From Vicugna vicugna (Eukaryota): DNA of 64,000 nucleotides. Every line of letters begins with the position of its first letter. Positions within the stretch are counted from its first letter, which is position 1. Below are positions 52,817 to 64,000 of this stretch, piece after piece. The stretch covers positions 1,573,523 to 1,637,522 of the forward strand of contig MU058463.1 of NCBI GenBank assembly GCA_013265495.1. The letters are read 5' to 3'. The translations under genes and the position numbers were made by a program. The notes under the pieces are model-generated. The model did no database searches. It saw nothing but the letters and a program-made list of their open reading frames with translations, and was not told where the DNA came from.

Positions 52817-55179
52817 CCGTATTTCTAGCTGTGCCTTCAGGTGGCCCAGGAAAAAAGGGAGAGTTCAAGCCGAAGGAGTAGCAGAGATGAGAAGGAGCCG
52901 TCCAAAAAGTCCCTCTTTTCCTTCAGGCAGCTCAAGCTGTACCACTTGCAACCAAGACTCCCGAGCAGCAGGGCCAGATACTCTTCAGGAAAGACAGCCA
53001 ACAACACCTATTTTGTGGATGTTAAACCCAGTACAACTTCAAGGTAGCAAGGGCAATAGAACCTGACTTAGCATCTCCGTTTTCCTGCAGAAGCTTTAGC
53101 TCCCTCTTCTTCTCACGGTTTAGGAAACATGTAAGAGTTTGGAAAAAAAAAAAAAAGTCAAAGTTTTAGCACACCACCACTGCTCAGCCCAGTTTACCAC
53201 ACAGAAATGCCATCTGCTGAGCAGTCTTCAAAGCAGGTGAAGGCTGACCACACGGCCCTCCTCTCCGTTTTGTTTCCCTATCTTTCTGTCTCTGCTTCAT
53301 GTCTCATAAAACTTTTATGTCTGAATGTTTAAAAAGTGATTTATGTACAATCCGCTGTAAGCATTTAGCTTGAGTATCAAATTCATTTGTCTGCTGATAG
53401 ATAAAAGAACAAAACCGTCTTCTGTCTCGAGCAAGGCAAAACTGTAAAGTGAGGCAAATAGCGGTATACCTAAGAACCAAACTTTTTTTTTTTTAACTTG
53501 GCCGATCCTCCCTGCTGTGTGCATCTAATGTTTTGCCTCTGAGAATAGAACTTATTAGCAGCCCTAAAGTAAAAAAAAGAAAAGAAAAAAAAAAAAGACA
53601 GGATATTTTCAACAAGGGCCTCCGCTTTGCCAAACATCCCAGAGTTTGTCTCCAAGGACTTGAAAAGAAAGGAAAGAATGAAGAACGGAAACCATAAAGC
53701 ACGCACTGAGGCTATCATCTAATTACTGAATGAAGGGCACAGTTGTTTTGTCTGATTGCACTAAGCTAGTTATCCACTGCTAGCTTCATTGACAAAAGGG
53801 GAATCTACACAAATTATAGGGAAACTCAAGCACTAAAGGAATGTTTTGGTTCAGAGGTTTGCAATGACTATTGGCTTTGGTTTTTGGCAAAAATCTGTCT
53901 TTGCCGCATGAACTCGGCTGTGCTGGGTCAGCCTGAAGCGTTCCCAAAAGCCTAGAAGAGGACAGACTTCCTTGTCATCTGTATCCCATCAATAAATTAA
54001 AGTGATGTTCTCCAGCTCTTGTTTGTTTCTTGGCAGGGTAATCTACAATCAGAAAAAGAAAAGCCTTTCATTTGTGGACTCCAGCTAAAGGAAGGAAGCC
54101 TTTGTATGTGGATTCACTGGAGACCAAAATATTAAAAAGTGGAAGAGGAAAACCATATGCTACAGTTCTCCTTAGCAAGCGGCTCAAAGTTCTGGTTCAA
54201 GAAATGCTTCAGCTCATTACGCAGAAAAGTCTGACTCTGAGAAGACAATATACTAGTAACAATATTGATACCTCTGAATGTTACAAACATTGATATTTTA
54301 ACTAATGTTCCGCTTTCTCCTACTGTTTCTTATCAGAAACACCTAAAAATTAGATACTTCAAAGAAACCTAAACTGATGACACATTTTAGCACAGTGCTT
54401 TCAGATTTGCACTTCACTTAAAAAGGAAGTGAGGAATCCAACGGAATCTGTATAGAGGATAATATTCATAAGCCTGTGGCTCTCTCCCAAGGCTAGTTGC
54501 AGCAATCAAATCCAGATTAGAGGTGAGAAAAATCACTGTACTGATTATCTGAACTCTCATAATAATGTATAAATTGCATTATTACATATAAACTCACATA
54601 AATAATTTTAGCATTGAGAAATCTTACTATTTCTCTTGGTTCTTCAGGGGTTAACCTTGCCCTCAGATCAGTTGTGAACATTGGCTCAGATCAGTACATT
54701 GATGAGAATAGAACTAGTGTTCAACCGCCTGTAGGAGAGAAAGCATTGGGGTCTCCTGATCCCTTTTACGTTGACCACATTTGTCTTTGGCTTCCTTTTT
54801 TATCTTTTTGAAGCAGTCAAGCAAGAAGTTCTACTCTAACACCTGTATCCTTTTAAAGAATATGACTTCTGGAGCAAATTTTTAGTACTTTATGACTTCA
54901 TGTACCAGTGGTTCAGCTCCTTAAAAGAGGGCATTAGTTTGGTTTTTGTTTTGTGGTGGAGTCACTCACAAAAACCAGCAGCTGATCAAGTAGAAGGGGT
55001 ATGACTGGTAAGAATATCTGATGAAACCTTGAGAGAGGCGTTTCTTTGTACAAAAATGTAGATCTGGCTTCCGTTACTCAGCAGATAACTGAATGCGCAC
55101 TGACCTAGTTTACTGGAAAGAGGACTAAATCACAAGTCAGGAGATTTTTGTTCCTAGTTCTGGCCTTACTGAGTGCTGA

Positions 55180-55385
55180 GCAATATGCTCTCCAGAGCCA
55201 GACTGCCTGGCTTTGAATCTTGGCTCTGCCACTTACCAGCTGTGTCACTGGTGCTAGTCACTTAACCTCTCTGAGCCTCAGCTTCCTCATCTTAAAATCA
55301 GAATAAAAACAATATTCATCTCATAGGGTTGTAATACAGATGGCACATACTAGCCACTATATAAGCGTTTGTTCAATAAAATTAA
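55180..55385 (+). mobile_element. MIR SINE (well preserved)
   Basis: agagccagactgcctggctttgaatcttggctctgccacttaccagctgtgt...cacttaacctctctgagcctcagcttcctcatct. Confidence 0.92.
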
Positions 55386-56224
55386 TTACTCTGCTACTGA
55401 CAGCAAAGATCAGATCTCAGCCTGGTAAGGCTCAGTTTTTTGGTTGGTAAATGGAGGTAATAATTAGTGTTTTTTTTCATCATAGGGGTCTCCAGTGAGT
55501 AAATTATCTTATCTTTTGCCCATCCTGCTTCCAGACACAGGAAATCCAGGCACAGAGCAACAGCACTCAACATGGAATTTAAAGTGTTTGCAACAAAATT
55601 CTATCAGGAACTGCTTCAGGCTGTGGACAATTAAGTACTATTTTCCACTGAACAGAGGTTTGAACCTGACTAAGAGAAAGAATTCATTAGAGGACCAAAG
55701 AAGTTTTGCCTCTAAATGCCCAGAAGATACATCATTAACTGCATCTCTATGGCAAATCAGGCACATACGAGAATAATGAGCATTTCAAAGAGTTTTTTTA
55801 AAAGACTGACATCAGGTCACTCTGAGGAGTTTGATCTGTGACTTTAGGCAGATTACTTCTTTTTGGAAAAAAATTACTTTCTAATAAAAGAAATCATTAG
55901 TTTAGTTGTTGCTATTGTTGTTTTTAATTATCTTTCATCACAATCCTCTATTAGTCATTTGGACAACAATGACGAGTTTATTCTTCTTAGGAAATCTCCC
56001 ACAAATAAGAAATAGGCACATTTAATTTTCCTTCTGAATTCATCTTTTTCCTGAACCTCAAGTTCGAAAGAATTCCTAAAACATCTTCCAATTCAATCCG
56101 TTTGAAACTTGACACTCACGACAGGGTGATGCCCAGTATATGCTCCCCACCCCATCTAGAAATAGCAAACTACTCCATTTCCAGACAGCTCTTATTAAAA
56201 ATCTCTCATTGCATCAATGGTTAA

Positions 56225-57000
56225 AAATCTGGCAAAAAACAAAATGTAAAGATACACCTCACACTATACACAACAATATTTTCTGGATCAATGAGTGTAT
56301 CGCCTTTTATAAATTCAATAAAATCAAAGAAAACTAAAAAGGAAATTTACATTTATCAGATCTTCGGAGAGGTGATGACTTTTTAAGGTTAAAATATAAT
56401 AGAAACAACAAAAGAAAATAATTAACAAATTTAACTACACAAATATGTGAACTTTTTAGGGAATAACCAAAGCTAAAATGGTAAGGCATATAGTTAACTG
56501 ACAAAAAAAATACGGATGAGCAATTAATAGAAAAAGAAATACAATCAGTAAATAAATAAAATATTAAAGGTCTCACCAGGAACAAAAAATGCAATATTTT
56601 ACAATAATTAGATATCACTTTATGCCTAAAAATAACTATTGCCTTTAAAATTATCTACTAATTTTTACCTAATAATAATTGTTAATTATTGCCTTTAAAA
56701 TCAGATAATGCAAGGTTGACAAAATATACCCACACAGTGTTTGTGGCAACATAAATTATGTGATCTTTAGGAAAGCAATTTGCCACTGCACAGTGAAAGG
56801 AATTATATTCATTATTCTACCAAATAAATCCTCCTTGTGGGAATTTTATTTTATGCAAAAATCCAAGAGAAAAAAAAGGACTCACCTATATTTATATACT
56901 TATAAATTTTTAAATTTAAAATGGCAGTATTATTTAAAATGGCAAAATATTAAAAAAAAAAACACATACTGTCCAACCATATATCCCCTCAAAAGAATAC
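56225..57000 (+). mobile_element. Ancient L1 (L1M/ME-like) ORF2 end, degenerate
   Basis: tacacctcacactatacacaac..tggatca; aaaatgcaatattttacaataattagatatcacttt; ggaaagcaatttgcca. Confidence 0.65.
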
Positions 57001-58523
57001 TTAAAAGCCAATGTAAAGGGCAAGTGTGGAACTTACTAAGTGAGTCTTTGCCACTCTTCCAATCATTTCTTAGCGCTGCTTCCTAACATTCTAGAAACCC
57101 TCTTTTTTGAAACTCAGTGTTTACGTGTCTCTTAAATTCCCCTCCCACCCACTGAAGCAACTCACTCAGGACTGCCCTGTGAAAAACCCTCATTCTTTAG
57201 ATCTGGGGTGTTCCTGGGAAAGCAATCAGATATTATGTGCACAAGCAGTTTATTTCGGGAATCAAAATATTTTCCGCCTGCTGAAATCTCCATATCAATG
57301 ATTCGTACCACTCATTCAGTCAAGCCAGACTTCTAGGAGTTATCTTCACTCTTACACCCTTAGTCAGTTGGTTAAGATCTGCAGAAGTGAACTAACTTCT
57401 CTTCTCTGTCTGGACTATATTCAAATATCAGCAAAATAACATAAAAGAGAAGTCTGTGGAAAAATCAATTTAGTACTAAAATTATACTATTATAAAACTG
57501 AAAAATGAGAAATAGAAATAGAATATGCATGCTAAAATATAATTTCCAACATGAAGGAAAGTCCTGAAAAAAAAAAAAGATCGTTCATGAAGACAATAAA
57601 ATAAACAGATCAAAGCAATTAAGAAAAAGAACACAAATATTGACAATAAAGACTTCGCAACACAAGGCCAACAGGACTTTCTGAAATAGAAAATCTAGCG
57701 GTTGCATTTCTCTGAGAGAAGACTGTTTACTCATTCCCATCTGAAAACACTGAGAAATAGAAGTAGGTCAGTGATAAAGAATCCAAAAAAATAAAAAAAA
57801 AACACCATTATTTTGATAAAGGCTAAGTACGTCACTTATCTGGGCAGCTACACAGACTTGCTGTCTGAATCGCGGTCGTTGGCACACTGATCCACCAGGC
57901 AGTGCTGTCAGGGCAGACCACCCCACCTGAGGGGTGGATGGATGGGGGCCTGATCAGGTGCAGCATGACGGATCGGAGGTGAATGTTGGCTCATTCCCAT
58001 GAGACAGAGGGATAGTGCTGACTTAATCATCCCCAACCTGCTTTTCCAAAATGATCAATGACCTGTCACTCTAACGCCTCAGGACAGAGTGAGTAAAGAG
58101 GTGGACAGAGACTATGAGTTATACTAATTGAGAAGAGGGCCAGTGCTCACTCAGTAAAAGGGCTCTCTGAATGTCTAACTGGTGAAATTTTTAGAATTCC
58201 TCTGTTGAATGTCTCCCAACCGTCCCCCTTCCGAGCGGGAAAGTTTACAGCAGTCACCCTCTTCCGAAAACCATCATTGTGTACTGGATGTGTAAAGCCG
58301 AGAGAACTCACCACGTTAGTCTTAGAGTCTCTGAACCAAAAGCATCATTTCTAGACCTGGTGTAGAGACTGCAGCACATCACTAAATGCTCTAGGCTTGG
58401 CATTTGGTGTCCTTGCTTTGTGGGGCTTTTTGGTTGTTTTCCTTGAGATGAGAATAAATGCACTAGGCACACACACGCACACACACAAAGGAGACCGAGT
58501 TAAATATTATGTTGAGTGGAAAG

Positions 58524-58912
58524 ACTGTGGAAGATAGTAAGATATGTTCCACTCCCTCTGTCCTTCCAGGCAAAGCAGATGATTGCATTTCTTTCTCCAA
58601 CATGACTTGCCTACACCAGTAAAATCTGAGCAGAAGTGCCACGTGTTCCTTCCTTGTGGTAGCTCTAAGGCCAGTATGTCATTTACCACATTCCCCTTTT
58701 ATGTTTTTGCCTGGGTGATTATGGATGTGTTGAGATGGAGTCTCTAACAGCCTATGTCCCTGAAAGACTTCAGGAAGCAGAGCCCGTCTAACCCAAGAAG
58801 AACACGTAGCCAGTGAAAGATATACTGTAAAACTGCACTGTGCTGTGTTAAAAGCCACTGAGATCTGGGGGTTGTCTGTTAACTGCAGCATGATCTAGCG
58901 TGTTCTGATGTG
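58524..58912 (+). mobile_element. MLT1J-like LTR, probably preceded by internal sequence (~58230-58520)
   Basis: tgagcagaagtgccacgtg; gttgagatggagtctc; aagccactgagatctgggggttgtctgttaactgcagcatgatctagc. Confidence 0.8.
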
Positions 58913-59571
58913 TGTGCTACCTTCCTGCAAAGATTAGGAATTTGCAGTGGAGGCAGCCCCAGTCACCTGGTCTGATTCAGGGTGCCTTTTTTTCCTTTCA
59001 AGTACACTAAAAACCTCTTGATTTTTGCTCACTCCAGTGCTGAACTTAGTATGGATTCTATCTGGTGAGAGAATATCCACAGATTCTTGTGACCAGGCAT
59101 TTTCAGCCTTATACCTCCTCAATGGGTACTGTTTTGTGTTATGAAATGGCTTAGGCATTTTTTTTAAGTCTCCTAATTAAGTTTTCATCTTGTCTCCACA
59201 TTTAACTGGAAAAATCATCCTTACCAGATTCCTAATCTGAAGCAACTATTTATAATTCTTAAGAATGAGCCCTCAGGGTTCTAATAAAGAACAGTACTAT
59301 GCAATGTTTCAGGCCTCGAGAAAGTGGTTCTTTCTCCAATGTCTTTTTCTCAAGTATGTTTTCTCCCTTCTACTCCTCTCAGTAAGATCCAGCTGAATTT
59401 TTGTCAGTCTAGCCAGCAGTGGCTACTCGGGCCTGAGACTAAGAATATAAAGCCAAAATCTCAGCTGCCTTGTAGTTCAAGAGAAGCAATTAGAAGGGTA
59501 GAGGTATGGCCAAAAAATACTTAAAAGGCTTCTAAAGAAACTGTTTTCTCTCTCTTTGAAACATTGCTCCT

Positions 59572-60031
59572 TGTATCAGTTAGTTATTGCTGTGTAACAA
59601 ATCATTCTAAAATGTAGACACTTAAGGTAATATTATTTATTATTTATTATGAATCTATATATCAGTTGAACTGTTTGTCGACCTGAGTTTAGCTGTTCTC
59701 ATTTGGATTCCTACATATGTTTGTGTTCACCTGAAAGAGCAGGGTAGGGCCAGGTAGTCTATGCTAGCATCAGTGGGATGACTCATTTCTGCTTCATGTG
59801 GTCTCTTATCCTTTAGCAAACTACACAGGCTTGTTTTCATGACTTTCCTCAAGAGAGGAAGTAGAATCACTCAAAAACATTTCCAAAATTCTGCTTATGT
59901 TATATCTGCTACTGTCCCATTGGTTGAAGAAAGTCACGTGAGCAAGTATGGAATCAGTGTGGGAGAGCACTACCAGAGGGCATAGAGATTGCATGACAAA
60001 CTGGGACCATTGGTGCCATTAATATATCACA
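59572..60031 (-). mobile_element. MaLR solo LTR (MLT1H-like)
   Basis: tgtatcagttagttattgctgtgtaacaaatca; gtcccattggttgaagaaagtcacgtg; ends tatcaca. Confidence 0.8.
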
Positions 60032-60340
60032 CCTCAGCTGATGTGCTTAGGAAAAGCTAAGTCTGCATAAATATCTGTATCAGTCTGCACTCTAAGGCCA
60101 TTCCTGAAACCTGCTCACAGATGTGGTTCTGGCCCCCTAAGTGGTTGACATTTGATGACAACAATTCACAGCCCACTTACTAGGATCTATGCACCTTTGT
60201 CCAGGCCCACTTTGCCTCTGTGTGCTCTTGCCAAGAAACCCTGGCTCCCATAAGCCATAAGCCAGAGCCCTGCACATACCCGACACCTAAGATGTCTCTC
60301 TACACTCTTGATAAGGAAGCAAAATAGCCCATGGGCAGAT

Positions 60341-60384
<44 letters not shown>
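60341..60384. repeat. (TTG)14 microsatellite
   Basis: direct observation. Confidence 0.97.
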
Positions 60385-60385
<1 letters not shown>

Positions 60386-60465
60386 TAATTCTGAAATATT
60401 TTCCTTGAATCTGTAGGAAACTATCACTTACCTTTCCCAAGCCCCCATAAGCTACAGTTACAGAA

Positions 60466-60826
60466 GGTCATAGACTGAATGTTTGTGTCCCCCCAAAATT
60501 CATTTGTTGATGTGATGATATTAGGAGGAGGGACTTTGGGGAGGTAATTAGGTTTAGATGTGGTCATGAAGATGGAGTCCTCATGATGGGATTAGTACCC
60601 TTATAAGAAAAGGAAGAGACTACCAGAGCTTATTCTCTCTACATGTGAGGATACAGCAAGAAGGCAGCCATCTACAAGTCAGGAATAGGGTCTTCACCAC
60701 AAATTGAATCTGCTGACACCTTGATCTTGGACTTCCCATCCTCCAGAACTATGAGAAATAAATGTCTGCTGTTTAAGTCTCCCAGTCTATGGTATTTTGT
60801 TACAGCACCGTGAGCTGACTAATACA
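60466..60826 (+). mobile_element. MLT1A-like solo LTR
   Basis: actgaatgtttgtgtcccccc...tatggtattttgttacagca..gctgactaataca; 5-bp TSD cagaa / cagac. Confidence 0.92.
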
Positions 60827-61719
60827 CAGACCAAAGTCAAACACCATGTGCCTAAAAACAGCAACAATAGAAAGCTAGTACAGTATAAACGTCTACAGAG
60901 TACTAAGGTCAAAACAATCTACATGCACATTAAAATCAAATGTCCAAAGCTATACCAAAAGCTTCTTTGGGTGTAATTTTTATCAGAAAGTTCTACTCTC
61001 TGCTACGTCTAGCAATATTTCTGACCTATACACCAAATGCTGGGAATTTCAAAAGGCCTTAATAAATACCACCCCTCTCTCCTGCTGAGGCTATCCAAAC
61101 CTAAAAGAATAAACCTAAAAGGAAGATGTACCAGCACTTAAGCAACCAAAATATCACCTTTATGGTTGATAGAGGCAAAGCTAGAGGACACAGTTTACTC
61201 TGACAGCCAAATGTGCCTGCTAACTGAACCCTAGAATTAGGCGGACTTATTATTCAGACATAGGCAGTACTGGTGAGAACTCTGCTCTTCGTGATGGAAG
61301 GTGGGTGGTCTGATCCAGGAAGAATTAATGGAATTAATTAATGTAATTCTGCATGGAAAGCAGAAGTTATCCTGCTTCCTGGTTCTTGCTTCCCTCAGAC
61401 TTTTATTCCCCACAAGAAAAAGAGTGGAAACCAAGCCAAGCAGGTTTAATTTATTCATCCAAACTGTAGCACTCAGATGCATTAGTGATTGCTCTTTAGG
61501 ACAGATTAAGTAAAGGACTTAATTACACTACGAGTTACCTCTACATTGAAGGATATATCAGAAATTGGTAATATGTGTTTCTCCTTAAAATCTACAAATA
61601 GAATAAGAAAAATATATAAACACGATAGGAAAAAAATTACCTGCATTGAAGGAAAAAGAAAATATGCTTATTAAAATGGAACACTATGAATTCACTTTCA
61701 CTCATGAAGAAATTCAGTG

Positions 61720-61855
61720 AAGCGTATACAGACTTTTCAACAAATGACACTGGATGTTAATAGGTTAAAAAGTCAAATTTGACCTAAATGTCATACTTTA
61801 CACAAAAATGTACTCAAAGTGGATCCTATACCTAAATTATAAAATTATTAAAGAT
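61720..61855 (+). mobile_element. L1 ORF2 fragment
   Basis: cttttcaacaaatga..ctgga; tacacaaaaatgtactcaaagtggatc. Confidence 0.65.
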
Positions 61856-62268
61856 GAAGTGCTTTACCAAAAGACAGGGAATGGCTGTTGAGGAATCTTA
61901 ACGATAAGTGTCCTTAGCTAAGTGACTGATTTGAAAGCATCTTTCTCAGTCAGAAGTATCAATGCTGTCTGCCATTGATTGTTGTTTATTCATTTATTTA
62001 TTCATTCATTCACTTATGTCACTCTTCTTGGGGGAGTTCAAAACACCAGAAAATGATCTGTTTGTTCTTCTCCATCTATTATATCTGCTGATCTGTCATC
62101 ACGTTAATCTTGCAGAAGAGGTAACCCAGGACCTCAGATGGGGAACCCTCGTGGTGCACCAAACACACTGCATTGGCTGAAGTATGGCAAGAAAATTGCT
62201 ATGCCTACCTACCCAGACACCTCATGTCCTCTTCTGCACTGAGCTTCTGCACTGAGCTTTGAATCTTT

Positions 62269-62536
62269 CTTTTTTAATTTTTATCAAGGTATAGTTGATG
62301 TACAATATTATATAAGTTTCAGGTGTACAACACAGTGATTCACAATGTTTGAAGATTATGCTTTATTTATAGTTATTATAAAATGTTGGCTACAGTCCCT
62401 GTGCAGTACAGCATATCCTTACAGCTTATTTATTTTATACATAGTAGTTTGTGCCTCTCAATCCCCTACCCCTATGTTGCCCCTCCCCTCTTCCGTCTCC
62501 CCACAGGTAACCACTAGTGTGTTCTCTACAGGATCC
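62269..62536 (-). mobile_element. Short L1 3' end
   Basis: tatagttgatgtacaatattatataagtttcaggtgtacaaca; TSD tgaatcttt at 62260-62268 and 62537-62545. Confidence 0.9.
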
Positions 62537-63814
62537 TGAATCTTTTGGGTTCTTGGTAATTCTATTCTCCCTTTAGTCATTTTTATCAGAAACAGCACAG
62601 AGAGAAAATGGAAAAAAGGCAACAGCAGTGGTTTTTTCATAACCATAAAAGGCTATCTGGTTGAAGATCTTCTGACTGTTTGCTTGCTTTCTATTGCCAA
62701 ACAGCACAACATTTATTAAAATATGCCAAAAGCCAAATAGGCTGGTTGGTGGCTACAAAGTTAATTTAAGGAGCTGAAGTAGGAAGAGTACAGGACTGGA
62801 GAGCCATGAGAATCACTTTCTGAGGAAAACCAAACAGCCAGAAAAGCACTGGAGCCTGAAGCCTTTGAAACCCTGCTACTCTGCTGGAAATCAGCGCAAA
62901 CCTAGGGAGGGAGCTGTGCTAACACACCTGTCACACTTACCTTTGAACATTAGCATATCAAAAGCAGTATCAGCAATGGGTTACCAACATCAAAAATCAA
63001 CGTGAGTCAGGAGCACTAATGTACTAATAATCAGACTTAGAAACTGCTGTGTTGATTTTTATCATCAACTGCGTAGTCTACTTCCTATCAGTCACTTTCA
63101 TTCAAGTTCCTAAAGGCTGTCTTAGTTTTCAAAAAAAAAGGTTAAAGATTTTCCTTTATATGTTCACTGTTTTCTAAATCACCCCCTTGATGAGCTAGAT
63201 TTGACCCTTTCATACAAAGCAATCCTTCTGCCTGGCTTTCAACAGCGGGTCCCAGTAGCAGCAGCAGAGGGAGGTGGCGACCTCCCAGTTAGCAGGTCTC
63301 TCCCGCCTGACCCTCCATAAGAACTATGGGGGCGTTTGCTCACTGTCAGGCAAAGTCCTATGCTGATGATGTTTCAAGCCTGATCTCCCTGCTGGCTCAT
63401 CTTATAGAAAAACTCAGCCACTGTCAGCAAGTGGATTTAACATTTTCAAGGAGATTTACAATCAAAAAAAAAAAAAAAGCTTTTTGCATGTTTTTACAGC
63501 TTGAAAAACACTTTAACAATTTGTACATTACTTCTTACATAAATTCTACCTTGCTTTACCTAATTGCATTCATGACAATATCTATAACAATCTCCCATAT
63601 GTGAAAATAAATGACTACTTCAGCTTTGACAGAGATTTTGTATATTGTATATTTATATATTATATATGTGAAGTAGATATTTCTACCCCTTTTTTAAAGG
63701 TAAGGAAAAAGAAGGAAAACTTGGACTCAGGTTTTCTGAGCAAGTCTACCAAGCTTTTCACCTCTACTCAGAAAATAAGAAGAACCACTTAGATTTTCAT
63801 AACACTTGGAAATA

Positions 63815-64000
63815 TTTAAAGAAGTTCGCATGCATGATCTCATCTGATCCTAGATATCTGCTATGATGTAGGCAGAACAAAGTAATGGTTCTCCATTTTA
63901 TAGATGTAAAAACCAAGGAGGGTCGGGGTGAGGGGTAAAATGATTTACCTAAGAATAAACACCTTTCAATTGGCAAACTCAGAGCTGGACGCCAGGCATT
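63815..64000 (-). mobile_element. MIR SINE
   Basis: ctccattttatagatgtaaaaaccaagg...tgatttacctaag. Confidence 0.7.

Overview
AT-rich, CpG-depleted mammalian genomic DNA (intergenic or deep intronic). No protein-coding exon, RNA gene, CpG island, CRISPR array or prokaryotic feature is supportable. The listed ORFs are chance ORFs or derive from repeats. Two tRNA-derived SINEs with an AAACCTAATTACCTCCCC tail (Vic-1-like), and the lack of any Alu, Bov-A/tA, PRE-1 or Can-SINE that I could see, suggest a camelid. Much of the window is interspersed repeat: L1 3' ends with target-site duplications (TSDs), L2, MIR, MaLR (MLT1), MLT2, ERV1/ERVL LTRs, MER5 and Tigger1. The most informative structure the ORF track misses is a ~2.9 kb decayed but collinear ERV-L gag-pro-pol fossil on the minus strand (16.7-19.6 kb), found by manual translation across stops and frameshifts. 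Also present: a twin-primed inverted L1, two nested-insertion stacks, a 258-nt pure-purine tract, and weak candidate non-coding exons and regulatory motifs. I found no convincing new biological system. Repeat family names come from recalled consensus sequences, not a database search, and most boundaries are approximate.
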